Shown in pieces: positions 19,792-29,946 of a stretch of DNA of 64,000 nucleotides; position 1 is the first letter of the stretch; each line of letters begins with the position of its first letter. Location of the stretch: NCBI GenBank assembly GCA_031279695.1, contig JAITIA010000140.1, positions 12,935 to 76,934 on the forward strand, read 5' to 3'. Under the pieces are notes generated by a model that ran no database searches, was not told where the DNA came from, and saw only the letters and a program-made list of their open reading frames with translations. This DNA is from Prevotellaceae bacterium. GTDB lineage: Bacteria; Bacteroidota; Bacteroidia; Bacteroidales; UBA932. Position numbers and translations under genes: made by a program.

Positions 19792-20616
19792 ATGGGAGTA
19801 AGAAAATTCAGACCTGTTACACCAGGCACAAGACACAAGGTGATAGGCACTTTTGATGACATCACATCGGCTACACCTGAAAAAAGTCTGCTTGCGCCAC
19901 TGAAAAGAACTGGCGGTCGCAACAATACGGGCAAAATGACTATGCGCCACATCGGTGGCGGTCATAAACGCCGCTATCGCATAATTGATTTTAAACGCGA
20001 TAAGGATGGAGTAAAAGCCACAGTGAAAACAATTGAGTATGACCCGAATCGCAGCGCCCGTATCGCTCTGGTATTCTATACCGACGGCGAAAGACGCTAT
20101 ATTGTAGCCCCCAACGGATTGAAAGTGGGACAGGAGATTTTTTCGGGACAGGGTGTAGCGCCGGAAATAGGCAATACGCTGTTTCTGTCGGAGATACCTC
20201 TGGGTACGGTGATACACAATATCGAACTGCATCCGGGGCAGGGCGCAATAATGGCACGCAGCGCAGGCGCTTATGCTCAACTTGTTGCCCGCGAAGGAAA
20301 ATACGCAATATTGCAATTGCCCTCCGGCGAAACCCGCATGGTGGCAATTACTTGTCGCGCAACAATCGGCTCGGTGTCGAACCCCGACCACAGCCTCGAA
20401 GTTGACGGCAAGGCAGGCAGACGACGCTGGAAAGGCCGCCGTCCGAGAGTGAGAGGCGTAGTAATGAACCCCGTAGATCACCCGATGGGTGGCGGCGAAG
20501 GTCGTGCGTCGGGCGGACATCCGCGCTCGCGCAAAGGGGTGCTTGCCAAGGGTTACAAAACACGCAATCCGAAAAAGAAATCAGGGAAATTTATTCTCGA
20601 AAAAAGAAAGAAATAA
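19792..20616 (+). CDS. rplB: 50S ribosomal protein L2
   Basis: Contains [21 protein letters not shown] and [16 protein letters not shown], both L2 signatures. Confidence 0.97.
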   Translation: MGVRKFRPVTPGTRHKVIGTFDDITSATPEKSLLAPLKRTGGRNNTGKMTMRHIGGGHKRRYRIIDFKRDKDGVKATVKTIEYDPNRSARIALVFYTDGERRYIVAPNGLKVGQEIFSGQGVAPEIGNTLFLSEIPLGTVIHNIELHPGQGAIMARSAGAYAQLVAREGKYAILQLPSGETRMVAITCRATIGSVSNPDHSLEVDGKAGRRRWKGRRPRVRGVVMNPVDHPMGGGEGRASGGHPRSRKGVLAKGYKTRNPKKKSGKFILEKRKK

Positions 20617-20636
20617 GTGCATAAAAAGTTAAAATT

Positions 20637-20903
20637 ATGAGTAGATCACTTAAAAAAGGACCATATATCGAACCTAAATTGGAAAAAAAGGTATTGACAA
20701 TGAACGAAAGCGGCAAAAAAACGGTAATCAAAACCTGGTCGCGTGCTTCGATGATTTCGCCCGATTTTGTGGGCAATACAATCGCCGTTCACAACGGGAT
20801 GAAATTCATTCCCGTGTATATCACTGAAAACATGGTGGGTCATAAATTGGGCGAATTTGCCCCAACCCGTACCTTCCGAGGTCATTCAGGTAACAGAAAA
20901 TAA
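20637..20903 (+). CDS. rpsS: 30S ribosomal protein S19
   Basis: [19 protein letters not shown]...[16 protein letters not shown] is S19. Confidence 0.97.
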   Translation: MSRSLKKGPYIEPKLEKKVLTMNESGKKTVIKTWSRASMISPDFVGNTIAVHNGMKFIPVYITENMVGHKLGEFAPTRTFRGHSGNRK

Positions 20904-20935
20904 ATGTATAACATCGAAAATATCTGTAAAAAATA

Positions 20936-21358
20936 ATGGGTGCAAGAAAAAGAAAAATGGCTGAGAATCTGAAAAAAGAAAAACGCTCGAAAGCCATAGC
21001 AAAATTAAACGACTGCCCGACCTCCCCGAGAAAGATGCGTCTGGTGGCAGATCTGATTCGTGGAGTCGAAGTGAACAGGGCAATGGATATCCTGAGATTC
21101 AGCAAAAAAGAGGCTTCGACAAGGCTCGAAAAACTTGTAAAATCGGCAATCAATAACTGGGAAGCCAAAAACGAGGATTTGAAACTTGACAATGTGTTTC
21201 TCTATGTTAAGGAAATATTTGTGAATCAGGGAAGAACAATAAAACGGATGCATCCGGCGTCGAGAGGTCGTACCGCCATCGTCCGCAAACGTTCAAATCA
21301 CGTTACGGTTGTACTTGATGTGAAAATAGAAGAAACAAACGAAAAAACAGAAGAATAA
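20936..21358 (+). CDS. rplV: 50S ribosomal protein L22
   Basis: SPRKMRLVADLIRGVEVNRAMDILRFSKKEAS is an L22 signature. Confidence 0.95.
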   Translation: MGARKRKMAENLKKEKRSKAIAKLNDCPTSPRKMRLVADLIRGVEVNRAMDILRFSKKEASTRLEKLVKSAINNWEAKNEDLKLDNVFLYVKEIFVNQGRTIKRMHPASRGRTAIVRKRSNHVTVVLDVKIEETNEKTEE

Positions 21359-21364
21359 AAAAGT

Positions 21365-22129
21365 ATGGGACAAAAAGTAAATCCGATAGGTAACAGGCTT
21401 GGTATTATACGCGGCTGGGATTCAAACTGGTTTGGCGGTAAAGATTTTTCTGCCAAAATACTGGAAGACCACAAAATCAGAGAATATCTGAACACCCGCC
21501 TGGCAAAGGCAAGTCTGTCGAAAATAATCATTGAGCGCACGCTGAAACTGATTACGGTAACCATCTACAGCTCGCGTCCGGGTCTGATAATCGGCAAAGG
21601 CGGCAAGGATGTGGACACGCTCAAGGAAGAATTAAAGAAAATAACAGGCAAAGATATCCAAATCAATATCTTTGAAATAAAACGCCCCGACCTTGACGCG
21701 GTGATAGTTGCCAACAATATAGCCCGTCAGGTGGAAAATCGCGTATCGTATCGCAAAGCTATCAAAATGGCTATTGCAGCAACAATACGCACGGGTGCGG
21801 AAGGAATAAAAGTTCAAATATCGGGACGTCTGAACGGCGCGGAAATAGCAAGAAGCGAGACTTATAAGGATGGTCGTATTCCTTTGCATACATTTCGGGC
21901 GAATATCGATTATGCTCTTGGCGAGGCTCTTACAAAAGTGGGGCTGCTGGGTATAAAAGTGTGGATTTGCAACGGTCTGGTTTACGGAAAAAGAGATCTT
22001 GAACCAAATATCGGCATGTCGGCAGCCGCCGCAGGCGCAGGCGGCAATCATAATTATGACCGGAATTATGACCGTGATCGGAATTTCGACCGGAATAAAC
22101 GTAATAAAAAATCACCAAGAAAACAGTAA
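21365..22129 (+). CDS. rpsC: 30S ribosomal protein S3 with basic/N-rich C-terminal extension
   Basis: [23 protein letters not shown] followed by a KH domain. The C-terminal tail has [16 protein letters not shown] repeats. Confidence 0.96.
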   Translation: MGQKVNPIGNRLGIIRGWDSNWFGGKDFSAKILEDHKIREYLNTRLAKASLSKIIIERTLKLITVTIYSSRPGLIIGKGGKDVDTLKEELKKITGKDIQINIFEIKRPDLDAVIVANNIARQVENRVSYRKAIKMAIAATIRTGAEGIKVQISGRLNGAEIARSETYKDGRIPLHTFRANIDYALGEALTKVGLLGIKVWICNGLVYGKRDLEPNIGMSAAAAGAGGNHNYDRNYDRDRNFDRNKRNKKSPRKQ

Positions 22130-22150
22130 TAATTTCTAATTAGAGAAACA

Positions 22151-22570
22151 ATGTTACAGCCAAAAAAGACAAAGTACAGAAGGCAACAGAAAGGCAGGAT
22201 GAAAGGCGTTGCACAGCGCGGACATCAACTGTCTTTTGGGTCGTTTGCCATAAAAACAATGGATTATGCGTGGATAACGGGTCAGCAGATAGAAGCCGCC
22301 CGTCAAGCAATAGTCCGCCACATGAAACGCGAAGGTCAGGTGTGGATACGCATCTTCCCTGACAAGCCGATAACCAAGAAACCCGCCGAAGTGCGCATGG
22401 GTAAAGGAAAGGGCGCTCCCGAAGGATTTGTCGCCCCCGTAACTCCGGGACGTATTCTTTTTGAAGCGGACGGCGTGCCTCTCGAAGTGGCAAAAGAAGC
22501 GCTAAGGCTTGGCGCTCAGAAACTTCCGATTATAACAAAATTTATAGTCAGAAGAGATTATACCGAATAA
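22151..22570 (+). CDS. rplP: 50S ribosomal protein L16
   Basis: [19 protein letters not shown]...[11 protein letters not shown] is L16. Confidence 0.96.
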   Translation: MLQPKKTKYRRQQKGRMKGVAQRGHQLSFGSFAIKTMDYAWITGQQIEAARQAIVRHMKREGQVWIRIFPDKPITKKPAEVRMGKGKGAPEGFVAPVTPGRILFEADGVPLEVAKEALRLGAQKLPIITKFIVRRDYTE

Positions 22571-22582
22571 AATTTATTTGTA

Positions 22583-22792
22583 ATGAAACAGAAAACGGAT
22601 TTAAAGGACTATAATGTCAAGGATTTGCAGGACAGACTTCAATCGCGGAAAGCAGAGTATGTCAAAATAAAATTAGACCATGCCGTTTCTCCGGTAGAAG
22701 ATACATCAAAAATTCGGAAAATGCGGAGAGAAATCGCCCGCATGCATACGGAATTGAGAAGACGGGAAACAGAAGTACAAAATCAAAATTAA
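22583..22792 (+). CDS. rpmC: 50S ribosomal protein L29
   Basis: Small helical protein in the conserved position between L16 and S17; sequence is L29-like. Confidence 0.9.
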   Translation: MKQKTDLKDYNVKDLQDRLQSRKAEYVKIKLDHAVSPVEDTSKIRKMRREIARMHTELRRRETEVQNQN

Positions 22793-22804
22793 TACATTTG
22801 GATT

Positions 22805-23059
22805 ATGGAAAGAAATTTCAGAAAAGAACGAGTAGGCGTGGTAGTGAGCAACAAAATGGATAAATCGATAGTTGTTGCCGAAAAACGCAAGGTTAAACAT
22901 CCGATATACGGAAAGTTTGTGAACAGAACAACGAAATATATGGCTCATGACGAGAAAAATGAATGCAGCGAGGGCGATACCGTCCGCATCATGGAAATCC
23001 GTCCGCTGAGCAAAAATAAACGTTGGCGACTGGTAGAAATTGTTGAAAAAGTTAAATAA
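22805..23059 (+). CDS. rpsQ: 30S ribosomal protein S17
   Basis: [19 protein letters not shown]...[23 protein letters not shown] is S17. Confidence 0.95.
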   Translation: MERNFRKERVGVVVSNKMDKSIVVAEKRKVKHPIYGKFVNRTTKYMAHDEKNECSEGDTVRIMEIRPLSKNKRWRLVEIVEKVK

Positions 23060-23061
23060 CG

Positions 23062-23427
23062 ATGATACAACAGGAATCAAGGCTGCAAGTGGCCGATAAC
23101 AGCGGAGCAAAAGAAGTTCTTTGTATCCGCGTACTTGGAGGAACCCGCAAGCATTATGCTTCGGTTGGCGATAAAATAGTGGTGAGCGTGAAACATGCCA
23201 TACCCGGCTCGGACGTTAAAAAGAAAACAGTGTCGAAAGCCGTGATTGTCAGAACAAAAAAGGAAATTCGTCGAGCCGACGGTTCGTATATCCGTTTCGA
23301 CGATAATGCCTGCGTTTTGCTTAACAGTCAGGGCGAAATCAGAGGGACACGTATTTTTGGACCCGTAGCCCGCGAACTTCGCGACGGTTATATGAAAATA
23401 GTTTCACTCGCACCTGAAGTATTGTAA
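23062..23427 (+). CDS. rplN: 50S ribosomal protein L14
   Basis: [27 protein letters not shown] is L14. Confidence 0.97.
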   Translation: MIQQESRLQVADNSGAKEVLCIRVLGGTRKHYASVGDKIVVSVKHAIPGSDVKKKTVSKAVIVRTKKEIRRADGSYIRFDDNACVLLNSQGEIRGTRIFGPVARELRDGYMKIVSLAPEVL

Positions 23428-23449
23428 AATCTTAATAAAAGAAAAGAAA

Positions 23450-23806
23450 ATGCACGTTAAATTGCGTATCAAAAAAGGCGACCATGTGATAGTCAAATCA
23501 GGCGAATCCAGAGGTCAGAAAGGAAAGGTACTGGAAATCTTTCCAAAGAAAAACAGGGCAATAGTTGAAGGTATAAATTTTATAATCAGGCATACCAAAC
23601 CAAATGCGAAAAATCCGAACGGAACACGCTTGAAGCGGGAAGCCTCAATTCATATCTCTAACCTGCAACTGGTTTGCCCCGAAACAGGAAAACCCACCAG
23701 AGTGGGTAAAATAAGAAGCGAAAAACCGGGAAAGGATGGAAAATACAGAATGGTGCGCTTCTCGAAACAGGCTAAAAAAGAAGGTATAATCACAGTAATA
23801 GACTAA
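23450..23806 (+). CDS. rplX: 50S ribosomal protein L24
   Basis: KOW motif [24 protein letters not shown] is L24. Confidence 0.93.
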   Translation: MHVKLRIKKGDHVIVKSGESRGQKGKVLEIFPKKNRAIVEGINFIIRHTKPNAKNPNGTRLKREASIHISNLQLVCPETGKPTRVGKIRSEKPGKDGKYRMVRFSKQAKKEGIITVID

Positions 23807-23811
23807 ATCGA

Positions 23812-24423
23812 ATGGCTAAGAAAAAAGGAGAAGAGGCTGCTGCCCAAATAAATGCAACGCCCGAGGGATATATTCCAACTCTAAAAAAACAGTACAGGGA
23901 AGAAATAGTTCCAACTTTGATGAAAAAATTTGGATACAAAAGCGTAATGCAAGTTCCGAAACTTGAGAAAATTGTTATAAACCAGGGAATGGGCGCTGCT
24001 GTCGGCGAAAAAAAACTGATAGAAGTTGCGCAGGCAGAACTTGCTCTGATTGCAGGTCAAAAACCTATAATTACCAGTTCCAAAAAGGATATATCAAATT
24101 TTAAACTCCGCAAAGGCATGCCCATAGGCGTGAAAGTAACCCTTCGCGGTTACCGAATGTACGAATTTCTCGAACGTCTGATATCCATAGCCCTGCCGCG
24201 TATCCGCGATTTCAGAGGCATCGGCGATAAACTGGACGGCAAGGGAAACTATACTCTCGGAATAGAGGAACAGATAATCTTCCCCGAAATCGATATCGAC
24301 AAAATATCGAAAATCATAGGAATGGAAATATCGTTTATATGTTCGTCGCAAACGGACGAAGAATCGTATTCGCTGCTCCGTGAGTTTGGGCTACCATTTA
24401 AAAATGCAAAAAAGAACGATTAA
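23812..24423 (+). CDS. rplE: 50S ribosomal protein L5
   Basis: [18 protein letters not shown]...[13 protein letters not shown] is L5. Confidence 0.95.
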   Translation: MAKKKGEEAAAQINATPEGYIPTLKKQYREEIVPTLMKKFGYKSVMQVPKLEKIVINQGMGAAVGEKKLIEVAQAELALIAGQKPIITSSKKDISNFKLRKGMPIGVKVTLRGYRMYEFLERLISIALPRIRDFRGIGDKLDGKGNYTLGIEEQIIFPEIDIDKISKIIGMEISFICSSQTDEESYSLLREFGLPFKNAKKND

Positions 24424-24425
24424 AT

Positions 24426-24695
24426 ATGGCAAAAGAATCGATGAAAGCACGGGAAGTTAAACGTGCGAAACTTGTTGAAAAATACGCGGAAAAACGCAAA
24501 GCGCTGAAAGCGGCAGGCGATTATGAAGGACTGGCAAAACTGCCTAAAAATTCAAATCGCGTGCGTCTGCACAACCGCTGTTCTCTTACAGGCCGCCCGA
24601 AAGGCTACATGCGCCTGTTTGGAATCAGCCGGATACAGTTTCGCGAAATGGCTTCAAAAGGTTTGATTCCCGGTGTGAAGAAGGCAAGCTGGTAG
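24426..24695 (+). CDS. rpsN: 30S ribosomal protein S14
   Basis: [20 protein letters not shown]...[40 protein letters not shown] is S14. Confidence 0.96.
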   Translation: MAKESMKAREVKRAKLVEKYAEKRKALKAAGDYEGLAKLPKNSNRVRLHNRCSLTGRPKGYMRLFGISRIQFREMASKGLIPGVKKASW

Positions 24696-24718
24696 AAACA
24701 AATTAATATTGCATATAT

Positions 24719-25171
24719 ATGATTGACACAATTATACATAGAAATACATGGTCGGGACGAGCGGCTTATTCATTCCTTTGGGTGAGCTTTGTGCTGTTTT
24801 TTGTGTATGCCAGTATAGTGTCATCAATATTTATGAAAGATAAAAGTTTTACTGAAGAATATTTGAAACTTCAAAGTAATATCCCTGCGATGTTTGTTAA
24901 TTTTGGTGTGATGTTTATGTTGGTTATTGACAATTTATGGAACAGATATACGGAAAACAGGTATTTTCTTTTACTTGTTGTGTTTTCCATGTTTATTATC
25001 ATGGCATTATACGGACATGCGCAGGCTTATTTCGATAACAGTAGAAACTATATTTCTTTAATTAAAAAGTCGTGGATTTCGTATCTGCTGCAAGGTCTGT
25101 TTGTTTTGATACTGTTGATTTCGAAATATAAGACAATAGAAATTATTAAAGACGATTTAGAAGAAGTGTGA
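24719..25171 (+). CDS. Hypothetical small polytopic membrane protein (about 4 TM helices) inserted in the spc ribosomal operon
   Basis: 150-aa ORF with hydrophobic segments (FLWVSFVLFFVYASIVSSIF, FGVMFMLVI, FLLLVVFSMFIIMALY, LLQGLFVLILLI). AT-rich (about 33% GC) against roughly 45-50% in flanking r-protein genes. Its stop overlaps the next gene's ATG (TGATG). Confidence 0.6.
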   Translation: MIDTIIHRNTWSGRAAYSFLWVSFVLFFVYASIVSSIFMKDKSFTEEYLKLQSNIPAMFVNFGVMFMLVIDNLWNRYTENRYFLLLVVFSMFIIMALYGHAQAYFDNSRNYISLIKKSWISYLLQGLFVLILLISKYKTIEIIKDDLEEV

Positions 25172-25671
25172 TGATTAATGTAGTGTTATTTTTGATATTG
25201 TTGTTTTTGTGCGTCGGTTTTTACACAGTACAGCGCAAACTGCCTTTGCAGACAGCAGAGGCAGGAGCGATTACAGGCGTAAACAAACAGAACTGCGCAT
25301 CGAAACGGTTTTCGTACCGGCATGATTTTGTGATTAATGGGAAACCCATAAATCCATCGAAACATATCATGCTTGTTGTTGAAGGCAATTGTATGAGCCA
25401 ACGCAAAATTGAAAACGGAGATATTATTTTTGTGCGAAAATTTGACAAATCGTTCACGAAAAATCAAATTAAACCGGATGATATTCTGTTGATATGGCAC
25501 GATAGCGAACAGTATAAAGGCTATAAAATACGAGTCCTTGATAATGACAAATCGGAAAACAACAACGAATTAAATACATTCTACTATAAAGAGGATGGCA
25601 ATAAACATTTATCCTGTCATAATATAAACAATATTAAAGGAGTAGTAAAATATAAACTGCAAAAAAAGTAA
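25171..25671 (+). CDS. Membrane-anchored S24/LexA-UmuD-like (clan SF) peptidase-fold protein with Cys in the nucleophile position; inserted in the spc operon
   Basis: N-terminal TM helix MINVVLFLILLFLCVGFYTV, then VVEGNCMSQRKIENGDIIFVRKF matching the V-x-G-D-S-M...I-x-D-G-D-hh-hV box of LexA/UmuD/SPase I with S replaced by C. A candidate general-base Lys lies in YKGYKIRVL about 45 residues downstream. Start taken at ATG 25171, coupled to the upstream stop. Confidence 0.55.
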   Translation: MINVVLFLILLFLCVGFYTVQRKLPLQTAEAGAITGVNKQNCASKRFSYRHDFVINGKPINPSKHIMLVVEGNCMSQRKIENGDIIFVRKFDKSFTKNQIKPDDILLIWHDSEQYKGYKIRVLDNDKSENNNELNTFYYKEDGNKHLSCHNINNIKGVVKYKLQKK

Positions 25672-25739
25672 AAATAAATAAATTTTTGGATATCGGACGA
25701 GCAATCGTCGAAAATTAAAATTAAAACAAAGAAAAGAAA

Positions 25740-26135
25740 ATGACTGATCCAATCGCAGATTTCCTTACAAGAATCCGTAACGCGGTAAAGGCAAATCACA
25801 AAGTGGTGGAAATTCCATCATCGAAAATGAAACGGGAACTGACAAGAGTTCTCCACGAAAAAGGCTATATCCTGAGCTACAAATTTGTAGAAGGAGCGCC
25901 GTTTGCGACCATTAAAATCGCATTAAAGTATCATCCCGAAACAAAAAATCCGGCAATCAAATGCCTGAAACGCATCAGCCGTCCGGGTTTGCGACGCTAT
26001 ACAAATGCATCGTCGCTGCCGCGAGTTTTGAACGGGCTTGGCATAGCAATAGTCTCAACATCAAGAGGTGTGATGACCGATAAAGAGGCTCGCGAACAGC
26101 ATGTTGGCGGCGAAGTAATCTGCTATGTATATTAA
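25740..26135 (+). CDS. rpsH: 30S ribosomal protein S8
   Basis: [15 protein letters not shown] is the diagnostic S8 N-terminus. Confidence 0.97.
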   Translation: MTDPIADFLTRIRNAVKANHKVVEIPSSKMKRELTRVLHEKGYILSYKFVEGAPFATIKIALKYHPETKNPAIKCLKRISRPGLRRYTNASSLPRVLNGLGIAIVSTSRGVMTDKEAREQHVGGEVICYVY

Positions 26136-26210
26136 ACGCAAAGTTGTGAGCAAAAAATTGCTTGCCTCTGCACAAAATTTGAAAATTGTTTTAAATAAAA
26201 GTATTAGAAA

Positions 26211-26771
26211 ATGTCAAGAATAGGAAAATTACCTGTAAACCTGCCACAGGGAGTAACGGCAACAATAGAGCCGGGCAATGTGGTAACGGTGAAAGGACCT
26301 CTTGGAGAACTGAAACAGAAGGTAGACCCCGATATAACAGTATCCATAGAGGACGGAGCGGTGAAATTTACCCGCCCTACCGACCAGCCTCGCCACCGTT
26401 CGATGCACGGATTGTACCGTGCTTTGATAAATAACATGGTCACGGGAGTTTCTGCCGGCTATACCATTCAACAGGAACTTGTTGGGGTAGGCTACAAAGT
26501 GGAAGCCAAAGGACAGATACTCGAGTTCAGTCTGGGGTATTCGCACGATATTCATCTTGAACTTCCATCCGAAGTTAAGGCTACGGCTGTGGTGGAAAAA
26601 AAAGGTGCAAATCCTGTAATAACATTAAAATCAATTGATAAACAATTAGTAGGGCAGGTTGCCGCCAAAATACGCTCACTGAGAAAACCGGAACCATACA
26701 AGGGCAAAGGAATCCGCTTTGTTGGAGAAAAACTCAGACGCAAGGCAGGCAAATCGGCTAACGCTAAATAA
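26211..26771 (+). CDS. rplF: 50S ribosomal protein L6
   Basis: [20 protein letters not shown]...[10 protein letters not shown] is L6. Confidence 0.96.
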   Translation: MSRIGKLPVNLPQGVTATIEPGNVVTVKGPLGELKQKVDPDITVSIEDGAVKFTRPTDQPRHRSMHGLYRALINNMVTGVSAGYTIQQELVGVGYKVEAKGQILEFSLGYSHDIHLELPSEVKATAVVEKKGANPVITLKSIDKQLVGQVAAKIRSLRKPEPYKGKGIRFVGEKLRRKAGKSANAK

Positions 26772-26788
26772 CAGAAGGAGTATATCTT

Positions 26789-27151
26789 ATGTCATTAACG
26801 AAAGTAGAAAGAAGAAAAAGAATCAAGTACCGTATCCGCAAAGTTGTGAACGGCACGTCGGAGCGTCCGCGCATGACAGTGTTCAGAAGCAACAAACAGA
26901 TTTACGTACAGTTCATTGACGATACCAAAGGAAAAACTCTGGCGTCAGCCTCGTCGCTCGACAAATCGCTTGCCGAGCAGATTACAGGCAAAAATGGAAT
27001 CGAAGTGGCAAAAATCGTCGGCAAACTGTCGGCTGAACGCGCTTTGGAACAGGGTGTTACAGCCGTAGTGTTCGACCGTAACGGCTACCTGTATCACGGA
27101 AGAATAAAAAACTTAGCAGAATCCGCCAGAGAAGCTGGTCTTAAATTTTAA
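26789..27151 (+). CDS. rplR: 50S ribosomal protein L18
   Basis: [37 protein letters not shown] is L18. Confidence 0.95.
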   Translation: MSLTKVERRKRIKYRIRKVVNGTSERPRMTVFRSNKQIYVQFIDDTKGKTLASASSLDKSLAEQITGKNGIEVAKIVGKLSAERALEQGVTAVVFDRNGYLYHGRIKNLAESAREAGLKF

Positions 27152-27157
27152 AAGATT

Positions 27158-27676
27158 ATGACAAATACGAATATCAGAAGAGTGAAAACCACCGACTTGG
27201 AACTGAAAGACAAACTGGTGGCAGTACAACGTGTAACAAAAGTAACCAAAGGCGGTCGCCACATGAGTTTTGCCGCCATAGTGGTAGTGGGCAACCCCAA
27301 TGGCATTGTTGGCTATGGCTTGGGAAAAGCAGGCGAAATAGGCATTGCAGTGACCAAAGGCATAGAAGACGCAAAGAAAAATCTGGTTAAAGTGCCTGTA
27401 TTTAAGGGAACTATCCCCCACGAGCAGGAAGCCAAATTTGGCGGAGCCAGAGTGTTTATCAAACCCGCCGCTCCCGGAACAGGCGTAAAAGCGGGCGGCG
27501 CGATGCGTGCCGTTCTCGAAAGCGCCGGCATTCACGATGTGATTGCAAAATCGAAAGGCTCGTCAAATCCGCACAATCTGGTAAAGGCTACCGTAGCCGC
27601 TTTGCTGGAACTGCGCGACGCCTATACCGTTGCCCAATTGCGTGGAGTATCAATGAACAAAGTGTTTAACGGATAA
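27158..27676 (+). CDS. rpsE: 30S ribosomal protein S5
   Basis: [39 protein letters not shown] is S5. Confidence 0.96.
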   Translation: MTNTNIRRVKTTDLELKDKLVAVQRVTKVTKGGRHMSFAAIVVVGNPNGIVGYGLGKAGEIGIAVTKGIEDAKKNLVKVPVFKGTIPHEQEAKFGGARVFIKPAAPGTGVKAGGAMRAVLESAGIHDVIAKSKGSSNPHNLVKATVAALLELRDAYTVAQLRGVSMNKVFNG

Positions 27677-27687
27677 AAAACAGAAAA

Positions 27688-27867
27688 ATGGCAACATATA
27701 AAATTACACAAGTAAGAAGCCGCATAGGTTCAAATAAAAAACAGCGGGCAACGCTCGATACTCTGGGTCTTCGCAGAATCAACCACTCGGTAGAGCGCGA
27801 AGCCTCGCCCACAGTCGAAGGCATGATTAAAACCGTACACCATTTGGTGAAAGTAGAAAAATTGTAA
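27688..27867 (+). CDS. rpmD: 50S ribosomal protein L30 (59 aa; below the ORF-track length cut-off)
   Basis: Manual translation from ATG 27688 gives [59 protein letters not shown], which is L30-like and sits in the conserved slot between S5 and L15. Confidence 0.88.
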   Translation: MATYKITQVRSRIGSNKKQRATLDTLGLRRINHSVEREASPTVEGMIKTVHHLVKVEKL

Positions 27868-27889
27868 AATTTAAGAGAAACATAAGAGT

Positions 27890-28354
27890 ATGAATTTAAA
27901 TAGTTTAAAACCGGCAAAAGGATCAACGCACAAAGTTAAACGAGTAGGTCGCGGACAAGGATCGGGACGTGGAGGCACATCTACGCGCGGACACAAAGGC
28001 GCACAGTCCCGTTCGGGATATTCGCGAAAATTCGGATTTGAAGGCGGTCAAATGCCTATTCAGCGCCGTTTACCAAAATATGGTTTTAAAAATCGAAACC
28101 GTGTTGAATATAAACCTGTCAATATCTCTACATTGCAGGAACTGGCAGAAAAACGAAACTTGACCGTTATAGATATTCAAACACTGATAGAAACAGGGTT
28201 GATTTCTAAAAACGATAAAGTTAAAATCTTGGGAAATGGTGAATTGAATGTAACACTGGAAGTTACCGCTCATGCTTTTTCCAAGTCAGCAACCGCCGCA
28301 ATAGAGGCAAAGCAGGGAAAAGTAATAAAACTGAAAAACAATAAGGATGAATAA
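27890..28354 (+). CDS. rplO: 50S ribosomal protein L15
   Basis: [37 protein letters not shown] is L15. Confidence 0.96.
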   Translation: MNLNSLKPAKGSTHKVKRVGRGQGSGRGGTSTRGHKGAQSRSGYSRKFGFEGGQMPIQRRLPKYGFKNRNRVEYKPVNISTLQELAEKRNLTVIDIQTLIETGLISKNDKVKILGNGELNVTLEVTAHAFSKSATAAIEAKQGKVIKLKNNKDE

Positions 28355-29690
28355 ACTGATGACCCTTTTAGGTATTACCCGGTTTGTACAAACCGTTCAG
28401 AATATCTACCGGATTGAAGAACTGCGTAAACGCATCATTTACACCCTGCTTCTTTTGCTGGTGTTTCGTTTCGGCAGTTTCATCGTCATACCCGGCATCG
28501 ACCCCACAATGATAGGGTCGTTCACCAAATCGGCACGCGAAGGTTTGATGGGTATGCTCGACTTGTTTTCGGGAGGCGCAATGTCGAACGCATCAATCTT
28601 TGCACTCGGCGTAATGCCTTATATATCAGCGTCAATTGTAATACAGTTGATGACTATAATGGTGCCAACCCTGCAAAGAATTCAGCGCGAAGGCGAAAGC
28701 GGACGACGTAAAATAAACCAGTATACAAGGCTGCTGACCTTAGTCATTCTCCTGATTCAAGCCCCAGTATATCTGGTGCATCTGACACAGAAAGTTCCGC
28801 CCGAAGCATTCATGGTCAAAGGATTTTTGGGATACAATTTTCCAGCCACCGTTTGTCTGATTGCAGGAACAATGTTTGTGATGTGGCTCGGCGAGCGCAT
28901 CACCGACAGAGGTTTAGGTAACGGAATATCGCTCCTGATCATGATAGGAATTATTTCGCGCCTGCCTCACGCTCTGATGGCGGAAGTAGAAACACGTTTC
29001 AACGAAACAACCGGCGGTCCGCTGTTTTTGATAGTCGAAATACTGCTGCTACTGTTTGTGTTCATGGCAAGTATAGCCCTGGTGCAGGCAGTGCGAAAAA
29101 TCCCCGTACAGTATGCCAAACGAATAATAGGCACAAAACAGTATGGAGGCGTGCGTCAGTATATACCGTTGAAAATCAACGCGGCAGGAGTTATGCCCAT
29201 TATCTTTGCGCAAGTATTTACATTTATTCCGCTGCTGTTTTCAGGCTTCGATTCGACAAGCAAATTTGCCCGAGCCTTTGAAATGTACGGATTCTGGCAC
29301 ACCTTCCTTCATGCCCTGCTTGTGGTTGTGTTTACCTATTTTTATACGGCAATAACAGTCAATCCCACAATGATGGCGGAAGAAATGAAGAAAAACGGAG
29401 GCTTTATTCCGGGTATAAAACCGGGGAAGAAAACGGCGGAAGAAATCGACAAAATAATGTCGCGCATAACCTTTCCGGGCTCACTGTTTCTGGCTTTGAT
29501 AGCAATTTTGCCAACATTCGCATACCGTTTTGGCGTTGGAGAAAGTTTTTCGCAATTCTATGGAGGTACATCGTTGCTGATTCTTGTTGGCGTTGTGCTT
29601 GACACCCTGCAGCAAATCGAAAGTCATCTCCTGCTCCGGCACTACGACGGCTTGATGAAAACAGGACGGCTGAAAGGACGCACATCGTAA
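28347..29690 (+). CDS. secY: Preprotein translocase subunit SecY
   Basis: 447 aa with 10 TM segments. Position after rplO and SecY-type motifs (GIMPYISASIVIQLM). Confidence 0.95.
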   Translation: MNKLMTLLGITRFVQTVQNIYRIEELRKRIIYTLLLLLVFRFGSFIVIPGIDPTMIGSFTKSAREGLMGMLDLFSGGAMSNASIFALGVMPYISASIVIQLMTIMVPTLQRIQREGESGRRKINQYTRLLTLVILLIQAPVYLVHLTQKVPPEAFMVKGFLGYNFPATVCLIAGTMFVMWLGERITDRGLGNGISLLIMIGIISRLPHALMAEVETRFNETTGGPLFLIVEILLLLFVFMASIALVQAVRKIPVQYAKRIIGTKQYGGVRQYIPLKINAAGVMPIIFAQVFTFIPLLFSGFDSTSKFARAFEMYGFWHTFLHALLVVVFTYFYTAITVNPTMMAEEMKKNGGFIPGIKPGKKTAEEIDKIMSRITFPGSLFLALIAILPTFAYRFGVGESFSQFYGGTSLLILVGVVLDTLQQIESHLLLRHYDGLMKTGRLKGRTS

Positions 29691-29946
29691 GTAATTGTTT
29701 ATAAGATATAAAAGCACAGGTATCATGAAGGAAAACCACACTCCCGGATTGTTTTCTGCCCTTGCGGTAAATCGTCTGTCCGAGTGTATGGTTGCAGCCA
29801 AAAAACCGAATATCAATTTGCCGGCAGTAATTTGTGATAGCCGGTCGAATGGACCTGATATTAAAAAGGGAACAAAATCGGTTGCCTACAATGCGTATGT
29901 AACTGTTTTATAAGCATATACGTGTGAATTATAAAAATATCCGAAC

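Noticed and set aside
19699-20520. 273-aa minus-strand ORF
   Set aside because: Antisense to rplB.
28347-28354. Apparent overlap of secY start with rplO end
   Set aside because: An 8-nt overlap is plausible in this operon. The alternative downstream start could not be distinguished from sequence alone, so the ORF-track start was kept.
29695-29913. 72-aa ORF upstream of the tryptophanase gene as a TnaC-like leader peptide
   Set aside because: No Trp codon and no resemblance to TnaC. Kept only as a possible leader region.
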